Numbered from the stretch's first letter, positions 22,077 to 33,516 are shown. The stretch: DNA of 64,000 nucleotides from Candidatus Omnitrophota bacterium (GCA_028716565.1 JAQUPL010000001.1:83545-147544); one strand, 5' to 3'. Made by a program: numbers and translations. Notes: generated by a model from the letters alone, not told the origin.

Positions 22077-23279
22077 ATGGCAAAGGAAAAATTTTTACGC
22101 AATAAGACCCACGTAAACGTAGGTACCATAGGCCATGTCGACCACGGCAAGACGACATTGACCGCCGCCATTACCCTGTGCTTGAACAAGAAGGGTATGG
22201 CAGAAGTCCGCGCCTATGACTCTATCGATAACGCCCCTGAAGAGAAAGAGCGCGGCATCACGATAAACATCGCCCACGTAGAGTACCAGTCCGACAAGCG
22301 CCATTACGCCCACGTCGACTGCCCGGGCCATGCCGACTACATAAAGAACATGATCACCGGCGCCGCCCAGATGGACGGAGCTATCCTTGTCGTATCGGCC
22401 CCAGACGGCCCGATGCCCCAGACAAGAGAACATATACTCCTGGCCCGCCAGGTAGGCGTCCCCTATATAGCGGTATTCATGAACAAATGCGACGTAGTCG
22501 ACGATAAAGAGCTCCTGGACTTAGTCGAGCTCGAAGTAAGAGAACTCCTCACCAAATATGAATTCCCCGGGGATAAGACCCCGATAGTCCGCGGCTCGGC
22601 CCTAAACGCCATGAACTGCGCCTGCGGCAAAGACGACTGCCCCAACTGCAAACCCATCTTTGAATTAGTCAAAGCATTAGACACCTACATCCCCGACCCC
22701 AAACGCGAGACCGATAAACCCTTCCTGATGGCCATCGAAGACGTATTCTCCATCACAGGTAGGGGTACCGTCGGCACAGGCCGTATTGAGCGCGGTGTCG
22801 TCAAGGTAAACGACGAGGTCGAGATCGTAGGTATGCGCAAGGATACGCGTAAGACAGTAGTAACCGGCATCGAGATGTTCAGAAAACTCCTCGATGAGGG
22901 CATGGCAGGAGATAACGCGGGAGTCCTCTTAAGGGGCATCGAAAAGAAAGACCTGGAGCGCGGCCAGGTATTGGCCAAGCCGGGTTCTATCACCCCGCAC
23001 ACCAAGTTCAAAGCCCAGGTCTACATCCTGACCAAGGAAGAGGGCGGCAGGCACACGCCGTTCTTTACCGGATACAGGCCCCAGTTCTACTTTAGGACCA
23101 CAGATGTCACCGGCGTCTCCACGCTTCCAAAGGGCGTCGAGATGGTCATGCCCGGAGACAACGTATCATTCGAAGTCGAACTCATAATCCCCGTAGCCTT
23201 AGAGAAGGGCTTGCGCTTCGCCATACGCGAAGGCGGCCACACCGTAGGCGCGGGCGCGGTATCAGAGGTTATAGCGTAA
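22077..23279 (+). CDS. tuf: elongation factor Tu (copy 2)
   Basis: Identical to copy 1, including 18 nt upstream (CTAAAAGGAGGAATCCAA). Constant +15117 offset of all in-frame and antisense ORFs. Confidence 0.97.
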   Translation: MAKEKFLRNKTHVNVGTIGHVDHGKTTLTAAITLCLNKKGMAEVRAYDSIDNAPEEKERGITINIAHVEYQSDKRHYAHVDCPGHADYIKNMITGAAQMDGAILVVSAPDGPMPQTREHILLARQVGVPYIAVFMNKCDVVDDKELLDLVELEVRELLTKYEFPGDKTPIVRGSALNAMNCACGKDDCPNCKPIFELVKALDTYIPDPKRETDKPFLMAIEDVFSITGRGTVGTGRIERGVVKVNDEVEIVGMRKDTRKTVVTGIEMFRKLLDEGMAGDNAGVLLRGIEKKDLERGQVLAKPGSITPHTKFKAQVYILTKEEGGRHTPFFTGYRPQFYFRTTDVTGVSTLPKGVEMVMPGDNVSFEVELIIPVALEKGLRFAIREGGHTVGAGAVSEVIA

Positions 23280-23281
23280 CG

Positions 23282-23599
23282 ATGACAACTACAGTCCAGA
23301 AAGCCAAGATCAGGATAAAACTCAGGGCATACGACCACAGGGTCCTCGACCAGTCCGCGGCCGAGATAGTGGAGACCGCGAAGAGGACCGGAGCGAAGGT
23401 CCTGGGACCGATACCCCTTCCGACGGATAAGGAAGTATATACGGTCCTGCGCTCGCCGCATATCGACAAAAAATCGCGCGAACAGTTCCAGCTCAAGACG
23501 CACAAGCGCGTTTTGGATATCGTCGAGCCTACATCGAAGACAATCGATGCCTTGAAAAAACTCGATCTTCCGGCCGGTGTGGACGTAGAAATAAAGTAA
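23282..23599 (+). CDS. rpsJ: 30S ribosomal protein S10
   Basis: 105 aa, [17 protein letters not shown]. Only 2 nt after tuf, so no S10 leader. Confidence 0.93.
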   Translation: MTTTVQKAKIRIKLRAYDHRVLDQSAAEIVETAKRTGAKVLGPIPLPTDKEVYTVLRSPHIDKKSREQFQLKTHKRVLDIVEPTSKTIDALKKLDLPAGVDVEIK

Positions 23600-23627
23600 A
23601 TGAACAAAAGGATCAGGTAACCGTAAA

Positions 23628-24350
23628 ATGCCAGTAGGAATATTAGGAAAAAAAATAGGAATGAGCCAGGTCTTCAGGGATGACGGGAGGGTCATACCCG
23701 TCACCGTGATCGAGGCCGGCCCCTGCAATGTTCTGCAGATAAAGACAAAGGCCAAAGACGGATATGACGCCGTCCAGATCGGCTTCGGCGAAAAGAAAGA
23801 AAAGAACGTAAGCAAGCCTGACATGGGAAAATTCAAGAAGACAAAAGTAACCCCTAAAAGGTACGTCAGGGAGATCAGGATTTCAGCCGACCAGAAGTTC
23901 GAGCTCGGCCAGGAGGTAAAGGTCGATGTCTTCGCCGCGGGCGATGCCGTAGATGTCGTCGGCACCTCCATAGGTAAAGGGTTCCAAGGCGGCATGAAGA
24001 GATGGCACTGGCATGGAGGGAAGAAGACGCACGGTTCCACGTCGCACCGCAGAGTCGGTTCGATAGGTTCGTCTACGACCCCCGGTAGGGTCATAAGGGG
24101 TCATCATATGCCCGGAAGGATGGGCGGCGACACAGTTACCGTCCAGAACCTCGAGGTCGTAAAGATAGACCCGGAGAATAACCTCCTTATTGTTGAAGGC
24201 GCCGTCCCCGGACCTGCGAACAGCCTTTTGGTTATCAAGAAGGCCTTGAAACGCGCCAAGGCGAAGATACCGCAGCTGGTGATCACCATGGAGAAGAAAG
24301 AGAAGGGCAAGAAGGAGACTGGCGCAAAGAAAGAGGCTAGGAAGAAATAA
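23628..24350 (+). CDS. rplC: 50S ribosomal protein L3 (with about 30-aa Lys-rich C-terminal extension)
   Basis: 240 aa with an L3 core, plus the tail [37 protein letters not shown]. Confidence 0.93.
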   Translation: MPVGILGKKIGMSQVFRDDGRVIPVTVIEAGPCNVLQIKTKAKDGYDAVQIGFGEKKEKNVSKPDMGKFKKTKVTPKRYVREIRISADQKFELGQEVKVDVFAAGDAVDVVGTSIGKGFQGGMKRWHWHGGKKTHGSTSHRRVGSIGSSTTPGRVIRGHHMPGRMGGDTVTVQNLEVVKIDPENNLLIVEGAVPGPANSLLVIKKALKRAKAKIPQLVITMEKKEKGKKETGAKKEARKK

Positions 24351-24979
24351 TGGCAGAAATAGAAATTTATAATATAAAAGGCAAATCAGTCGGCAAGATC
24401 GAGCTGGACAAAGATATATTCAACGGCGAGGTCAACGAACCGATCCTCCACCAGGTAATAAGGATGTATGAGGCCAACCAGAGGCAGGGGACGGCTTCCA
24501 CAAAGACCCGTTCGGACGTTTCCGGCGGCGGAAAGAAGCCCTGGAAGCAGAAGGGCACCGGCCGCGCCAGGGCAGGCACCACAAGGTCTCCTTTATGGAG
24601 GGGCGGCGGCAAGGTATTCGGCCCGCACCCGAGGGATTATTCCTATGAGGTGCCGAAGTCGGTAAAGCGCCTCGCGCTGATCTCAAGCCTTAACGCCAAG
24701 CTCAACGACAAGGATATAATAGTCCTCGACGACATAAAGCTTGATAAGCCGAAGACGAAAGAAATCGCCGCGGCACTGCGTAATATAAAGGCCGAGAAGA
24801 AGCCTTTGCTGGTGTTGGAAGAAAAAAATGAGACGGTGGTCAGGGCATCGCGCAATATAGCCAATCTTCTTCTGAGGGATTACAAATCGCTCAACGCTTA
24901 CGAAGTGCTGAAACAGCAAAAACTGGTATTGACCCAGAAGGCACTTGCGGCACTCACTAAAATGCTGGTGAAACAATGA
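24350..24979 (+). CDS. rplD: 50S ribosomal protein L4
   Basis: 209 aa. Start overlaps the rplC stop. Confidence 0.93.
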   Translation: MAEIEIYNIKGKSVGKIELDKDIFNGEVNEPILHQVIRMYEANQRQGTASTKTRSDVSGGGKKPWKQKGTGRARAGTTRSPLWRGGGKVFGPHPRDYSYEVPKSVKRLALISSLNAKLNDKDIIVLDDIKLDKPKTKEIAAALRNIKAEKKPLLVLEEKNETVVRASRNIANLLLRDYKSLNAYEVLKQQKLVLTQKALAALTKMLVKQ

Positions 24980-25257
24980 TACAGAAATTTAAGATATTAA
25001 AGGGTCTGCTCCATTCCGAAAAAGGCTCGACCCTGTTGCCTTTCAACAAATATGTGTTCGAGGTCTACAAGGACGCCAATAAGGCGGAGATAAAGAAAGC
25101 CATCGAGCTGGTATACAAAGTCAAGGTGAAAGACGTCAACACCATGATAATGTCCGGAAAATGGCGCAGGGTAAGGTTCAAGCCGGGCAAGACGCCCGAT
25201 TGGAAGAAGGCGATAGTGACATTGCGTAAGGGCGACAAGATAGACGTAACGACATAA
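24976..25257 (+). CDS. rplW: 50S ribosomal protein L23
   Basis: 93 aa, L23-like, in conserved position. Confidence 0.9.
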   Translation: MIQKFKILKGLLHSEKGSTLLPFNKYVFEVYKDANKAEIKKAIELVYKVKVKDVNTMIMSGKWRRVRFKPGKTPDWKKAIVTLRKGDKIDVTT

Positions 25258-25267
25258 GGTAAAGCAA

Positions 25268-26092
25268 ATGCTAAAGACATATAAACCATATACGAAATCG
25301 AGAAGGTGGATGACATCGTCGGATTTCTCGATGCTGACAAAGAAAGAGCCGGAGAAGAACCTTCTTTTGCCGAAGAGGAAGAAAGCCGGGCGCAATAACC
25401 ACGGCCATGTGACCGTACGCCACCAGGGCGGCGGCCATAAGAGGATGATCAGGATAGTGGACTTTAAGCGTGACAAGGCCGGCATACCTTCTAAGGTCAT
25501 CGCGCTCGAGTATGATCCGAACAGGTCAGCTTTCCTTGCTCTGCTGGAATATGAGGGTGGAGAGCGGAGGTATATCATAGCTCCGGTTGACCTGAAAGTA
25601 GGCGATAGCGTCATGTCAGGGCCTGATGCCGATATCAAACCCGGCAACGCGCTTCCGATAAAAAATATACCGGTAGGTACATTTATACATAATATCGAGC
25701 TGGCCAAAGGTATGGGCGCGAAGATCGTCCGTTCGGCGGGAACGAGCGCGCAGCTCATGGCAAAGGAAGGCGAGTACGCTAACATAAAACTGCCTTCGGG
25801 CGAGATACGCCTTATCCACCTGGACTGCTATGCGACTATCGGCCAGGTAGGCAATGTCGAGCACGGAACGATATCAATAGGAAAGGCCGGCAGGAAGAGA
25901 TGGATGGGCATACGCCCGACGGTCAGAGGTGTTGCGATGAACCCGCATGACCATCCGCACGGCGGCGGCGAAGGCAAGTCCGGGCAGGGTAACCCGCATC
26001 CGGTTTCACGCGAGGGTCAGCTTGCTAAGGGTTTCAGGACCAGGAAAAAAGGCAAGTATTCTGACAGATTGATAATCAAGCGGAGGAGATAA
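25268..26092 (+). CDS. rplB: 50S ribosomal protein L2
   Basis: 274 aa, [19 protein letters not shown] motif. Confidence 0.95.
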   Translation: MLKTYKPYTKSRRWMTSSDFSMLTKKEPEKNLLLPKRKKAGRNNHGHVTVRHQGGGHKRMIRIVDFKRDKAGIPSKVIALEYDPNRSAFLALLEYEGGERRYIIAPVDLKVGDSVMSGPDADIKPGNALPIKNIPVGTFIHNIELAKGMGAKIVRSAGTSAQLMAKEGEYANIKLPSGEIRLIHLDCYATIGQVGNVEHGTISIGKAGRKRWMGIRPTVRGVAMNPHDHPHGGGEGKSGQGNPHPVSREGQLAKGFRTRKKGKYSDRLIIKRRR

Positions 26093-26095
26093 TAG

Positions 26096-26377
26096 ATGGG
26101 GCGTTCGGCTAAAAAAGGGCCGTTTGTTGAAGCGAAACTGCTCAAGAAGATAGAGAAGATGAAGGGCGACAAGAAGCCCGTCAAGACATGGTCAAGAAGG
26201 TCGACCGTCGTCCCGGAATTTATCGGTTATACTTTCCTGGTGCATAACGGGAACAAGTTCATCCCGGTATTTGTCACCGAGAATATGGTAGGGCACAAGC
26301 TCGGGGAGTTCGCCCCGACGAGGACATTCAGGAAGCATGGCGGCGTCAAGTCAAAAGAAGCGCCGGCTGTAACTTAA
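26096..26377 (+). CDS. rpsS: 30S ribosomal protein S19
   Basis: 93 aa, [10 protein letters not shown]..., HNGNKFIPV. Confidence 0.95.
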   Translation: MGRSAKKGPFVEAKLLKKIEKMKGDKKPVKTWSRRSTVVPEFIGYTFLVHNGNKFIPVFVTENMVGHKLGEFAPTRTFRKHGGVKSKEAPAVT

Positions 26378-26398
26378 ACCAGAGGATAATCGGAAGAG

Positions 26399-26794
26399 AT
26401 GGTATCAGCAGGAAGAGTAGTAGCTAAATATATCAAGACATCCCCCTATAAGATGCGCAAGGTCATGGACGTTATCAGGGGCAAGGACGTGAATTCGGCG
26501 CTCGGCATTTTAGAGAATATCGAAAAGCGTTCCCGCATCTACCTGATCCGCGCGTTGAAATCGGCTATCGCGTCGGCGAAACAGGACGGGAAAGTGAAGC
26601 AGGACGAGCTTTTCATCTGGAAGATAACCGCCGACGACGGCCCCATAATGAGGCGCTACAAAGCCCAAGCCATGGGCAGGGCCACGATGATACGGAAAAG
26701 GACCAGCCATATAATCATAGAGTTGGGCAGGACGGAAGCACCGGTAAAGAAAACTCCCGTAAAAGGCGCTGCGCCGAAAACGGGGAAGAAATAG
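26399..26794 (+). CDS. rplV: 50S ribosomal protein L22
   Basis: 131 aa, L22-like, in conserved position. Confidence 0.9.
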   Translation: MVSAGRVVAKYIKTSPYKMRKVMDVIRGKDVNSALGILENIEKRSRIYLIRALKSAIASAKQDGKVKQDELFIWKITADDGPIMRRYKAQAMGRATMIRKRTSHIIIELGRTEAPVKKTPVKGAAPKTGKK

Positions 26795-26803
26795 GAGGAG
26801 TTA

Positions 26804-27511
26804 GTGGGTCATAAAGTAAATCCGATATCAATGCGGTTGGGATATATTAAGAACTGGAAATCGCGCTGGTTTGCCAGGAAGAAGGGCTTTGCCGATGCCC
26901 TCCATGAGGACCTCGCGATCCGCAAATACGTCAAAAAGACTTTTTCCGCCGCGGGCATATCATCCATTGATATCGAGCGCGCCAGCAACAGGGCGAAAGT
27001 CATAATATATACCGCCAGGCCGGGTATCATAATCGGCAGGAAAGGCGCGGATATCGACCGCCTGCGCGATGACCTGCAGGATAAGACGAAGAAAGAGATA
27101 TATATAGAGATAAAAGAGGTGAAGAATCCCTCTACCGACGCCCAGCTTGTGGCGGAGAACATCGCCTTCCAGTTGGAGAAACGCATTGCCTTCAGGCGCG
27201 CCATGAAGAAAGCGGTCCAGCAGGCGATGAATTCCGGCGCTTTGGGCATAAAGGTCAAGTGCGCGGGAAGATTGGGCGGCGCTGAAATGTCCAGGACGGA
27301 AGGATATAAGGAAGGGAAAGTCCCCCTCCAGACATTCAGGGCGGATATAGATTACGGCTTTACTGAGGCGCTCACCACTTACGGGCTCATAGGCGTGAAA
27401 TCATGGATATACAAGGGTGATATCCTCGACAAGAAAACAGTAGTAGGGAAGGCAGCGGTTGAGGAGCCTGAGGCGACAGGTAAGGCACCCGAGCCACCCG
27501 CTCAGGGTTAA
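26804..27511 (+). CDS. rpsC: 30S ribosomal protein S3
   Basis: GTG start after [21 protein letters not shown] domain. Confidence 0.93.
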   Translation: MGHKVNPISMRLGYIKNWKSRWFARKKGFADALHEDLAIRKYVKKTFSAAGISSIDIERASNRAKVIIYTARPGIIIGRKGADIDRLRDDLQDKTKKEIYIEIKEVKNPSTDAQLVAENIAFQLEKRIAFRRAMKKAVQQAMNSGALGIKVKCAGRLGGAEMSRTEGYKEGKVPLQTFRADIDYGFTEALTTYGLIGVKSWIYKGDILDKKTVVGKAAVEEPEATGKAPEPPAQG

Positions 27512-27559
27512 TCGAGCCCCTCACTTTTTACGAAAAGTACGGGACAAGGAGTTTTATAG

Positions 27560-27982
27560 ATGGCGATATTTCCCAAGAGAGTAAAATACAGAAAGTCGCA
27601 AAGAGGCAGGCGCAAGGGCGTTGCGATGACCGGTTCGTCAATGGCGTTCGGCGAATACGGCCTCCAGTGCCTCGAGAACGGCTGGATAAAGAATACGCAA
27701 ATTGAGGCGGCGAGGGTAGTCATCTCGCGCCACCTCAAAGGCGGCGGCAAGGCCTGGATAAGGATATTCCCGGACAAGCCTGTCAGCAAAAAACCCGCCG
27801 AAACGAGGATGGGTAAAGGAAAAGGCATGACCGACCACTGGGTCGCCGTCATAAAGCGCGGCAGGATCCTGTTCGAGGTCGAGGGCCTTCCCGAATCGAT
27901 AGCCAAAGAGGCGATGCGTCTCGCGTCCTCGAAGCTTCCCTTGAAAACAAAATTCGTGGCTAGAGCAAGAACGGCCGCATAA
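27560..27982 (+). CDS. rplP: 50S ribosomal protein L16
   Basis: 140 aa, [17 protein letters not shown]. Confidence 0.93.
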   Translation: MAIFPKRVKYRKSQRGRRKGVAMTGSSMAFGEYGLQCLENGWIKNTQIEAARVVISRHLKGGGKAWIRIFPDKPVSKKPAETRMGKGKGMTDHWVAVIKRGRILFEVEGLPESIAKEAMRLASSKLPLKTKFVARARTAA

Positions 27983-28001
27983 CCCGGGGAAATAACTTAA
28001 G

Positions 28002-28202
28002 ATGCCGATGAAAACTCAGGAATTAAGGAATATGGCGGCGGAGGAGCTTAAAGCGAAATATAACCTGCTTACGGAATCGCTCTTCAAGCTGAACCAGCAG
28101 GCCAAGATCGGAAAGCTCGAGAAGCCCGACCAGATCCGCCAGATGAGGAAAGACATCGCGCGGATACTGACCATAATAAGGGAAAAGGATATCAAGATAT
28201 GA
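28002..28202 (+). CDS. rpmC: 50S ribosomal protein L29
   Basis: 66 aa, L29-like helical protein. Confidence 0.9.
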   Translation: MPMKTQELRNMAAEELKAKYNLLTESLFKLNQQAKIGKLEKPDQIRQMRKDIARILTIIREKDIKI

Positions 28203-28447
28203 ACGAAAGAGGCAGCAGGAAAGAACTATTAGGGATAGTGACCAGCGACAAGATGCAGAACACCATCGTCGTGAAGGTGGAGTCCTTCTCGAAGCACGCT
28301 GCCTACAAGAGGACCATCCGCAGCGTGAAAAAATTAAAGGTCCACGACGAGGAAAAGAAGGCGAAGGTCGGGGACAGGGTAAAGATAGTCGAGACACGCC
28401 CGATCTCCAAAGACAAGAGATGGAGATTGGTTGAGGTACTGAAATGA
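28199..28447 (+). CDS. rpsQ: 30S ribosomal protein S17
   Basis: 82 aa, [21 protein letters not shown]. Confidence 0.92.
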   Translation: MNERGSRKELLGIVTSDKMQNTIVVKVESFSKHAAYKRTIRSVKKLKVHDEEKKAKVGDRVKIVETRPISKDKRWRLVEVLK

Positions 28448-28812
28448 TACAGTTGCGTTCTATATTGGTTGTAGCCGATAATACCGGCGCGAAAAAAGCC
28501 GCCATGATACAGGTCCTGGGACGCCACGGGAAGGTAATGGCCGACCTTGGGGATATAATCAAGATCCATATAAAGGAATCTACCCCGGATGCGATAGTAA
28601 AGAAGGGCGAGGTCGCCAACGCCGTAGTGGTGAGGCTGAAATCGCCGACCAGGAGATCCGACGGTTCTTATCTCAGGTTCGACAGCAACGCTATCGTCAT
28701 AATCGATGCCCAGAAGAACCCTAGGGGGACGAGGATATTCGGCCCGGTGGCAAGGGAACTGCGTGAAAGGGGTTTTTCGAAGATAATATCGTTAGCTCCA
28801 GAGGTAATATAG
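28444..28812 (+). CDS. rplN: 50S ribosomal protein L14
   Basis: 122 aa, [18 protein letters not shown]. Confidence 0.95.
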   Translation: MIQLRSILVVADNTGAKKAAMIQVLGRHGKVMADLGDIIKIHIKESTPDAIVKKGEVANAVVVRLKSPTRRSDGSYLRFDSNAIVIIDAQKNPRGTRIFGPVARELRERGFSKIISLAPEVI

Positions 28813-29127
28813 ATGATAAGGATAAGGAAGAACGACACAGTAATGATAATGAAGGGCAGGGATAACGGAAAAACAGGCCGCGTCATGAGGATACTGTCCG
28901 GTGCCGGTAAAGCTATAGTCGAGGGGCGTAACTTCGTGAAGAAGCACGCCCATAAGACACAGAAGAATCCGCAGGGCGGGATAATACAGATAGAGAGCCC
29001 GATAGCGCTGTCCAATATCATGCCTGTCTGCCCCAAATGCGGAAAGCCGGTCAGGATCGGGATAACAGCCGGTAAGGACGGCAAGAAGACGAGGATATGC
29101 ATGAAGTGCAAGGAGGCGCTTGCCTGA
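28813..29127 (+). CDS. rplX: 50S ribosomal protein L24 with Cys4 (CPKC...CMKC) C-terminal variant
   Basis: 104 aa. KOW motif [10 protein letters not shown], then [34 protein letters not shown]. Confidence 0.9.
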   Translation: MIRIRKNDTVMIMKGRDNGKTGRVMRILSGAGKAIVEGRNFVKKHAHKTQKNPQGGIIQIESPIALSNIMPVCPKCGKPVRIGITAGKDGKKTRICMKCKEALA

Positions 29128-29690
29128 TGAAAACGGCCACTATCACACCCAGGCTCGTCGGCTTTTACCATAAGGAAGTGATACCGCAGCTGACCAAGAA
29201 ATTCGGATACAAGAATCTCTTCCAGGTGCCGCGCATAAAGAAGATCGTCGTAAATATGGGGGTCGGGAAAGGCGCGGAAGACATAAAGATACTCGAAGCG
29301 GCGCTTGCCGACCTCACTACCATAACCGGGCAGAAGCCGGTAATAACGCGCGCCAAAAAGGCTATCGCGAATTTCAAGATAAAAGAGGGCTCTCCTATAG
29401 GATGCAAGGTGACCCTGCGCGGCGCGAAGATGTATGAATTCCTGGACAGGCTGGTCAATATCGCCCTCCCCAGGATCAAGGACTTCCGCGGCGTCCCGTC
29501 GGATACCTTCGACGGTTCAGGTAATTACGCCCTCGGCCTGCGCGAGCAGACGATATTCCCGGAGATAGAGGTTGACAGGGTCGCGAGGGTCCAGGGTATG
29601 GATGTCATAATAGTTACGAGCGCCAAGTCGAATGATGAGGCGAGTGAGATGTTGCGTATTTTCGGTATGCCTTTCAAAAAACAAGGTTAG
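29127..29690 (+). CDS. rplE: 50S ribosomal protein L5
   Basis: ATG overlaps the rplX TGA (TGATG). The ORF-track start at 29097 is rejected. Confidence 0.92.
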   Translation: MKTATITPRLVGFYHKEVIPQLTKKFGYKNLFQVPRIKKIVVNMGVGKGAEDIKILEAALADLTTITGQKPVITRAKKAIANFKIKEGSPIGCKVTLRGAKMYEFLDRLVNIALPRIKDFRGVPSDTFDGSGNYALGLREQTIFPEIEVDRVARVQGMDVIIVTSAKSNDEASEMLRIFGMPFKKQG

Positions 29691-29693
29691 GAT

Positions 29694-29879
29694 ATGGCTA
29701 AAAAATCTTTGATAGAAAAATGGAAGAGGCCGGCTAAATTCTCGGCGAGGAAATACAACAGGTGCCGTCTCTGCGGCAGGTCAGGCGGTTACCTGCGCAA
29801 GTTTGAGCTGTGCCGCATATGTTTCAGGGAATTGGCTTCGAAGGGTGAGATCCCCGGCATAACAAAAGCAAGCTGGTAA
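29694..29879 (+). CDS. rpsN: 30S ribosomal protein S14 type Z (zinc-binding)
   Basis: 61 aa, [20 protein letters not shown]. Confidence 0.93.
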   Translation: MAKKSLIEKWKRPAKFSARKYNRCRLCGRSGGYLRKFELCRICFRELASKGEIPGITKASW

Positions 29880-29898
29880 TAATCCAAAAGGAACAGAA

Positions 29899-30288
29899 AT
29901 GTCCATTACAGATCCGATAGCTGATTTTTTGACGCTGATAAGGAACGCGACCCGCGCTAAGAAAGATAGCGTCGATGTGGTCCAGTCCAAGATGAACAAA
30001 GAGATCCTCGAGATCATGAAGAGGGAGGGTTATATCTCCGACTTCAAGCCTCTAGAGGCGTCCCGTAAGGTCCGCGTTTACCTGAAATATTCATCGAACC
30101 GCAGCGTCATAAAGAACGTAAAAAAGATATCAAAACCGGGATTAAGGGTATATACGCCTTATAGCAAGATCCCGATCGTGCTGCGCGGACTCGGAGTGGC
30201 TGTCATATCGACCTCCAAAGGGGTAATGACCAATAAAGAAGCCCGGGAACTTAAAGCGGGCGGCGAAGTATTATGTTATATATGGTAA
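29899..30288 (+). CDS. rpsH: 30S ribosomal protein S8
   Basis: 129 aa, MSITDPIADFLTLIRNA. Confidence 0.93.
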   Translation: MSITDPIADFLTLIRNATRAKKDSVDVVQSKMNKEILEIMKREGYISDFKPLEASRKVRVYLKYSSNRSVIKNVKKISKPGLRVYTPYSKIPIVLRGLGVAVISTSKGVMTNKEARELKAGGEVLCYIW

Positions 30289-30297
30289 GGGTGAAAA

Positions 30298-30843
30298 ATG
30301 TCAAGAGTAGGTAAAAAACCAATACAGATAATCAAAGGCGTCAAGGTCAGTATTAACGGGGATTCCGTGCTTGTGGAAGGCCCGAAAGGCAAACTTTCGC
30401 AACAAGTGCATCCCTTGATCAAAGCCGAAATAAAAGGGGAGCAGATCATCGTGACGCCTCATGAGGGCGGCGAATCGCTCAAGAACGTCGGCGCGCTGCA
30501 CGGCCTTACGCGCACACTTATCAATAATATGATCCTGGGCGTCACCAGCGGTTACCAGAAAGACCTTGAGATCCAGGGCGTAGGTTTCAGGGCCCAGGTC
30601 AGCGGCAAGAAGCTCGTTATGCAGCTGGGTTTTTCGCACCCGGTCGAGTTTCCCATCCCGGAAGGGATAGTCATAGAGGCGCCGAAACCCACCCAGCTTA
30701 TAGTAAAAGGTATAGATAAGCATAAGGTCGGGCAGGTCGCCGCGGAGATAAGGGACATATTCCCGCCTGAGCCGTATAAAGGCAAAGGCATCAGGTATGT
30801 GGGCGAATACGTGAGAAAGAAAGTAGGAAAGGCGGTAGGTTAA
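30298..30843 (+). CDS. rplF: 50S ribosomal protein L6
   Basis: 181 aa, MSRVGKKPIQI. Confidence 0.93.
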   Translation: MSRVGKKPIQIIKGVKVSINGDSVLVEGPKGKLSQQVHPLIKAEIKGEQIIVTPHEGGESLKNVGALHGLTRTLINNMILGVTSGYQKDLEIQGVGFRAQVSGKKLVMQLGFSHPVEFPIPEGIVIEAPKPTQLIVKGIDKHKVGQVAAEIRDIFPPEPYKGKGIRYVGEYVRKKVGKAVG

Positions 30844-30848
30844 TACCC

Positions 30849-31211
30849 ATGGCTGTAAATAAAGAATTGCACAGGAAGAGGCGCCATAACAGGATCAGGA
30901 GAAGGATCATCGGCACGAAGGATAAGCCGAGGATGTCCGTCCGCCGGAGCATAAACAACTTAGCGGTCCAGCTCATAGACGATATCGAGGGCGTGACGAT
31001 CTGCGCGGTATCGACCATGGATAAGAGTTTAAGGGACAAGGTCAAGACGGGCGGGAACGTGAAGGCCGCGGAGGCTTTAGGCGAGATGGTCGCGAAAGCG
31101 GCGCAGTCAAAAGGCATAAAGAAAGCCGTCTTCGACAGGGGCGGGTATCTCTATCACGGCAGGATAAAGGCCTTGGCCGATTCCGCCAGGAAAGCAGGAC
31201 TCGAATTCTAG
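30849..31211 (+). CDS. rplR: 50S ribosomal protein L18
   Basis: 120 aa, L18-like, in conserved position. Confidence 0.9.
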   Translation: MAVNKELHRKRRHNRIRRRIIGTKDKPRMSVRRSINNLAVQLIDDIEGVTICAVSTMDKSLRDKVKTGGNVKAAEALGEMVAKAAQSKGIKKAVFDRGGYLYHGRIKALADSARKAGLEF

Positions 31212-31252
31212 CCCAAATTTTGGGATAGAAAAAGCAATCCAGGAGAGAAAAA

Positions 31253-31735
31253 TTGGCAGAACGCAGAGATCAGGATAAACAGTTAAGCGAAAAGGTATTG
31301 AGCATAAACCGCGTCGCTAAAGTCACAAAGGGCGGCAAGAAGATGTCGTTTTCCGCCCTGCTTGTCGTCGGGGACGGGAAGGGAAAGGTCGGTTTCGGGT
31401 ACGGCAAGGCGAATGAAGTGGCTGAAGCTATCAGGAAAGGCCTTGTCGACGCGAGGAGAAGGATGTTCCAGGTAGAGATCGTCGGGACGACAATACCCCA
31501 TGAAGTCATCGGCAAATACGGCGCGGGCAAAGTTTTGCTTAAGCCCGCCTCTCCCGGTACCGGAGTAATCGCAGGAGGCCCTATAAGGTCCCTGTGCGAT
31601 GCCGCCGGCATTAAGGATATACTTTCCAAGTCATTGGGCTCGGACAACGCCATAAACGTCATCAAGGCGGCGGTCGTGGGCCTTAAGAGCCTCAGTAACA
31701 GGGAAGAGAGCAAGAGAATAAAAGGAGCGATCTAA
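31253..31735 (+). CDS. rpsE: 30S ribosomal protein S5
   Basis: [39 protein letters not shown]. Confidence 0.93.
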   Translation: MAERRDQDKQLSEKVLSINRVAKVTKGGKKMSFSALLVVGDGKGKVGFGYGKANEVAEAIRKGLVDARRRMFQVEIVGTTIPHEVIGKYGAGKVLLKPASPGTGVIAGGPIRSLCDAAGIKDILSKSLGSDNAINVIKAAVVGLKSLSNREESKRIKGAI

Positions 31736-32179
31736 GTGAAGCTAGGCGAGATACACGTCCCGGTTGGGGCCACAAAGAAAAGAAAGATAGTAGGCAGGGG
31801 GCCGGGTTCCGGCCACGGCAAGACCTCGACGAGAGGCCAGAATGGCCAGAAGTCCAGGTCCGGTGCCCATATACATCCGGAATTCGAAGGCGGCCAGATG
31901 CCTTTGATAAGAAGGATCCCGAAGAGGGGCTTCACCAACAGGTTCAAGAAAAAATTCCTGATAGTGAACCTTTCGGACCTTAGTTCTTTCAAGGAGAATT
32001 CTATCGTAACTCCCGAAGAGCTGCTCAAGGAGGGCATCATCAAAAATACGAAGATCCCGGTAAAGATATTGGGCGGCGGAGAGATATCGAAGCCCCTGAC
32101 CGTAAAAGCGAATTCGTTTTCGGCGGGCGCGGCCGAGAAGATACAAAAAGCTGGCGGAAAAGCAGAGATCGTTAAATAA
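31736..32179 (+). CDS. rplO: 50S ribosomal protein L15
   Basis: GTG start directly after the rpsE stop. GRGPGSGHGKTSTRGQNGQKSRSG. No rpmD (L30) between rpsE and rplO. Confidence 0.9.
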   Translation: MKLGEIHVPVGATKKRKIVGRGPGSGHGKTSTRGQNGQKSRSGAHIHPEFEGGQMPLIRRIPKRGFTNRFKKKFLIVNLSDLSSFKENSIVTPEELLKEGIIKNTKIPVKILGGGEISKPLTVKANSFSAGAAEKIQKAGGKAEIVK

Positions 32180-33516
32180 TGATCAAAGCGTTCGGCAATA
32201 TATTAAAGATACCTGAGTTAAAAAAGAAGCTCCTCGTCACTGTGGCGCTTCTCGCCGTCTATTGCCTCGGCAGGTATATACCGACTCCGGGCATCGACGG
32301 GCACGCTCTTTCTCAATTTATAGAGCAGGAATCCAAGAGGTCGGGCGGGTCGCTGTTCGACATAATGGATCTTTTCACCGGGAACGCCATGTCCCAGATG
32401 ACGATCTTCGCGTTCGGCATCATGCCTTATATATCGAGTTCCATCATAATGCAGCTTTTGACGTTCGCTTTCCCTTATTTTGAGAAACTCGCCAAGGAAG
32501 GCGGGGAGCACGGCCGAAGGATGATAACCCAGTATACGCGTTACGGGACTCTCGTGATCGGCGCCATACAGGCGTTGTTCACCAGTTTCTGGCTCGAGAA
32601 CCTACATAACACTATCGGTATCCAGATAGTCCAGAACCCGGGCTGGGGTTTCCGCCTGGTGACCATCCTGACCCTGGTCAGCGGCACCGCTTTCATCATG
32701 TGGCTCGGCGAACAGATAACCGAATACGGCATCGGCAACGGCATGTCCATAATAATAACTGCGTCCATAATTTCGAGGATACCGACGGCGATGCATAACC
32801 TCACCACCCTCGTTGCCGCCGGCCAGTTGAGCGTATTTACCCTGATCCTCATGGCGGTGATGATCTTCGCGGTCATCATCGCGGTCATCATGATAACCCA
32901 GGCCCAGAGAAGGATCCCGGTGCAATACGCGAAACGGATAGTAGGAAGAAGGGTGATGGGCGGCCAGAGCACATATCTCCCGTTGAGGGTGAACCAGGCC
33001 GGTGTCATCCCGATAATCTTCGCCCAGTCGATCCTGCTGTTTCCCGCGACGATAGCGCAGTTTATACCCAACCAGACGATAAAGAGCATGCTGGCGTTTT
33101 TGCAGCACGGCGGTGTCGTCTACACGACATTCTACGCGGCATTGATCATATTCTTCACTTATTTTTACACGGCGGTAACGCTTAACCCGCGCGACCTGGC
33201 GGATAATATGAAAAAATACGGCGGTTTCGTACCGGGAGTAAGGCCGGGCAGGCCGACAGAGGATTATTTTAATTTTATTTTAAACCGCGTCACGTTGCCC
33301 GGAGCTATTTTCCTGGCGATAATAGCCGTAATCCCTGATTTCATCGGGAAATGGCTCCAGATACCGTACCTGGTGGCGAGCTTCTTCGGCGGCACCGCGC
33401 TCCTTATCATAGTCGGTGTTATGCTCGATACGATGAAGCAGATCGAGTCGTTCCTTTTGATGCGGCACTATGACGGTTTCATGAAGTCGGGCAGGTTGAA
33501 GTCGAGGGGCCGTTGA
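32179..33516 (+). CDS. secY: preprotein translocase subunit SecY
   Basis: 445 aa, 10 TM helices. GIMPYISSSIIMQLL motif. Confidence 0.95.
   Translation: MIKAFGNILKIPELKKKLLVTVALLAVYCLGRYIPTPGIDGHALSQFIEQESKRSGGSLFDIMDLFTGNAMSQMTIFAFGIMPYISSSIIMQLLTFAFPYFEKLAKEGGEHGRRMITQYTRYGTLVIGAIQALFTSFWLENLHNTIGIQIVQNPGWGFRLVTILTLVSGTAFIMWLGEQITEYGIGNGMSIIITASIISRIPTAMHNLTTLVAAGQLSVFTLILMAVMIFAVIIAVIMITQAQRRIPVQYAKRIVGRRVMGGQSTYLPLRVNQAGVIPIIFAQSILLFPATIAQFIPNQTIKSMLAFLQHGGVVYTTFYAALIIFFTYFYTAVTLNPRDLADNMKKYGGFVPGVRPGRPTEDYFNFILNRVTLPGAIFLAIIAVIPDFIGKWLQIPYLVASFFGGTALLIIVGVMLDTMKQIESFLLMRHYDGFMKSGRLKSRGR

Noticed and set aside
31736-31760. Expected rpmD (L30) gene between rpsE and rplO
   Set aside because: The rpsE stop is immediately followed by the rplO GTG start. 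No L30-like ORF exists here, and L30 is absent in many bacterial lineages.
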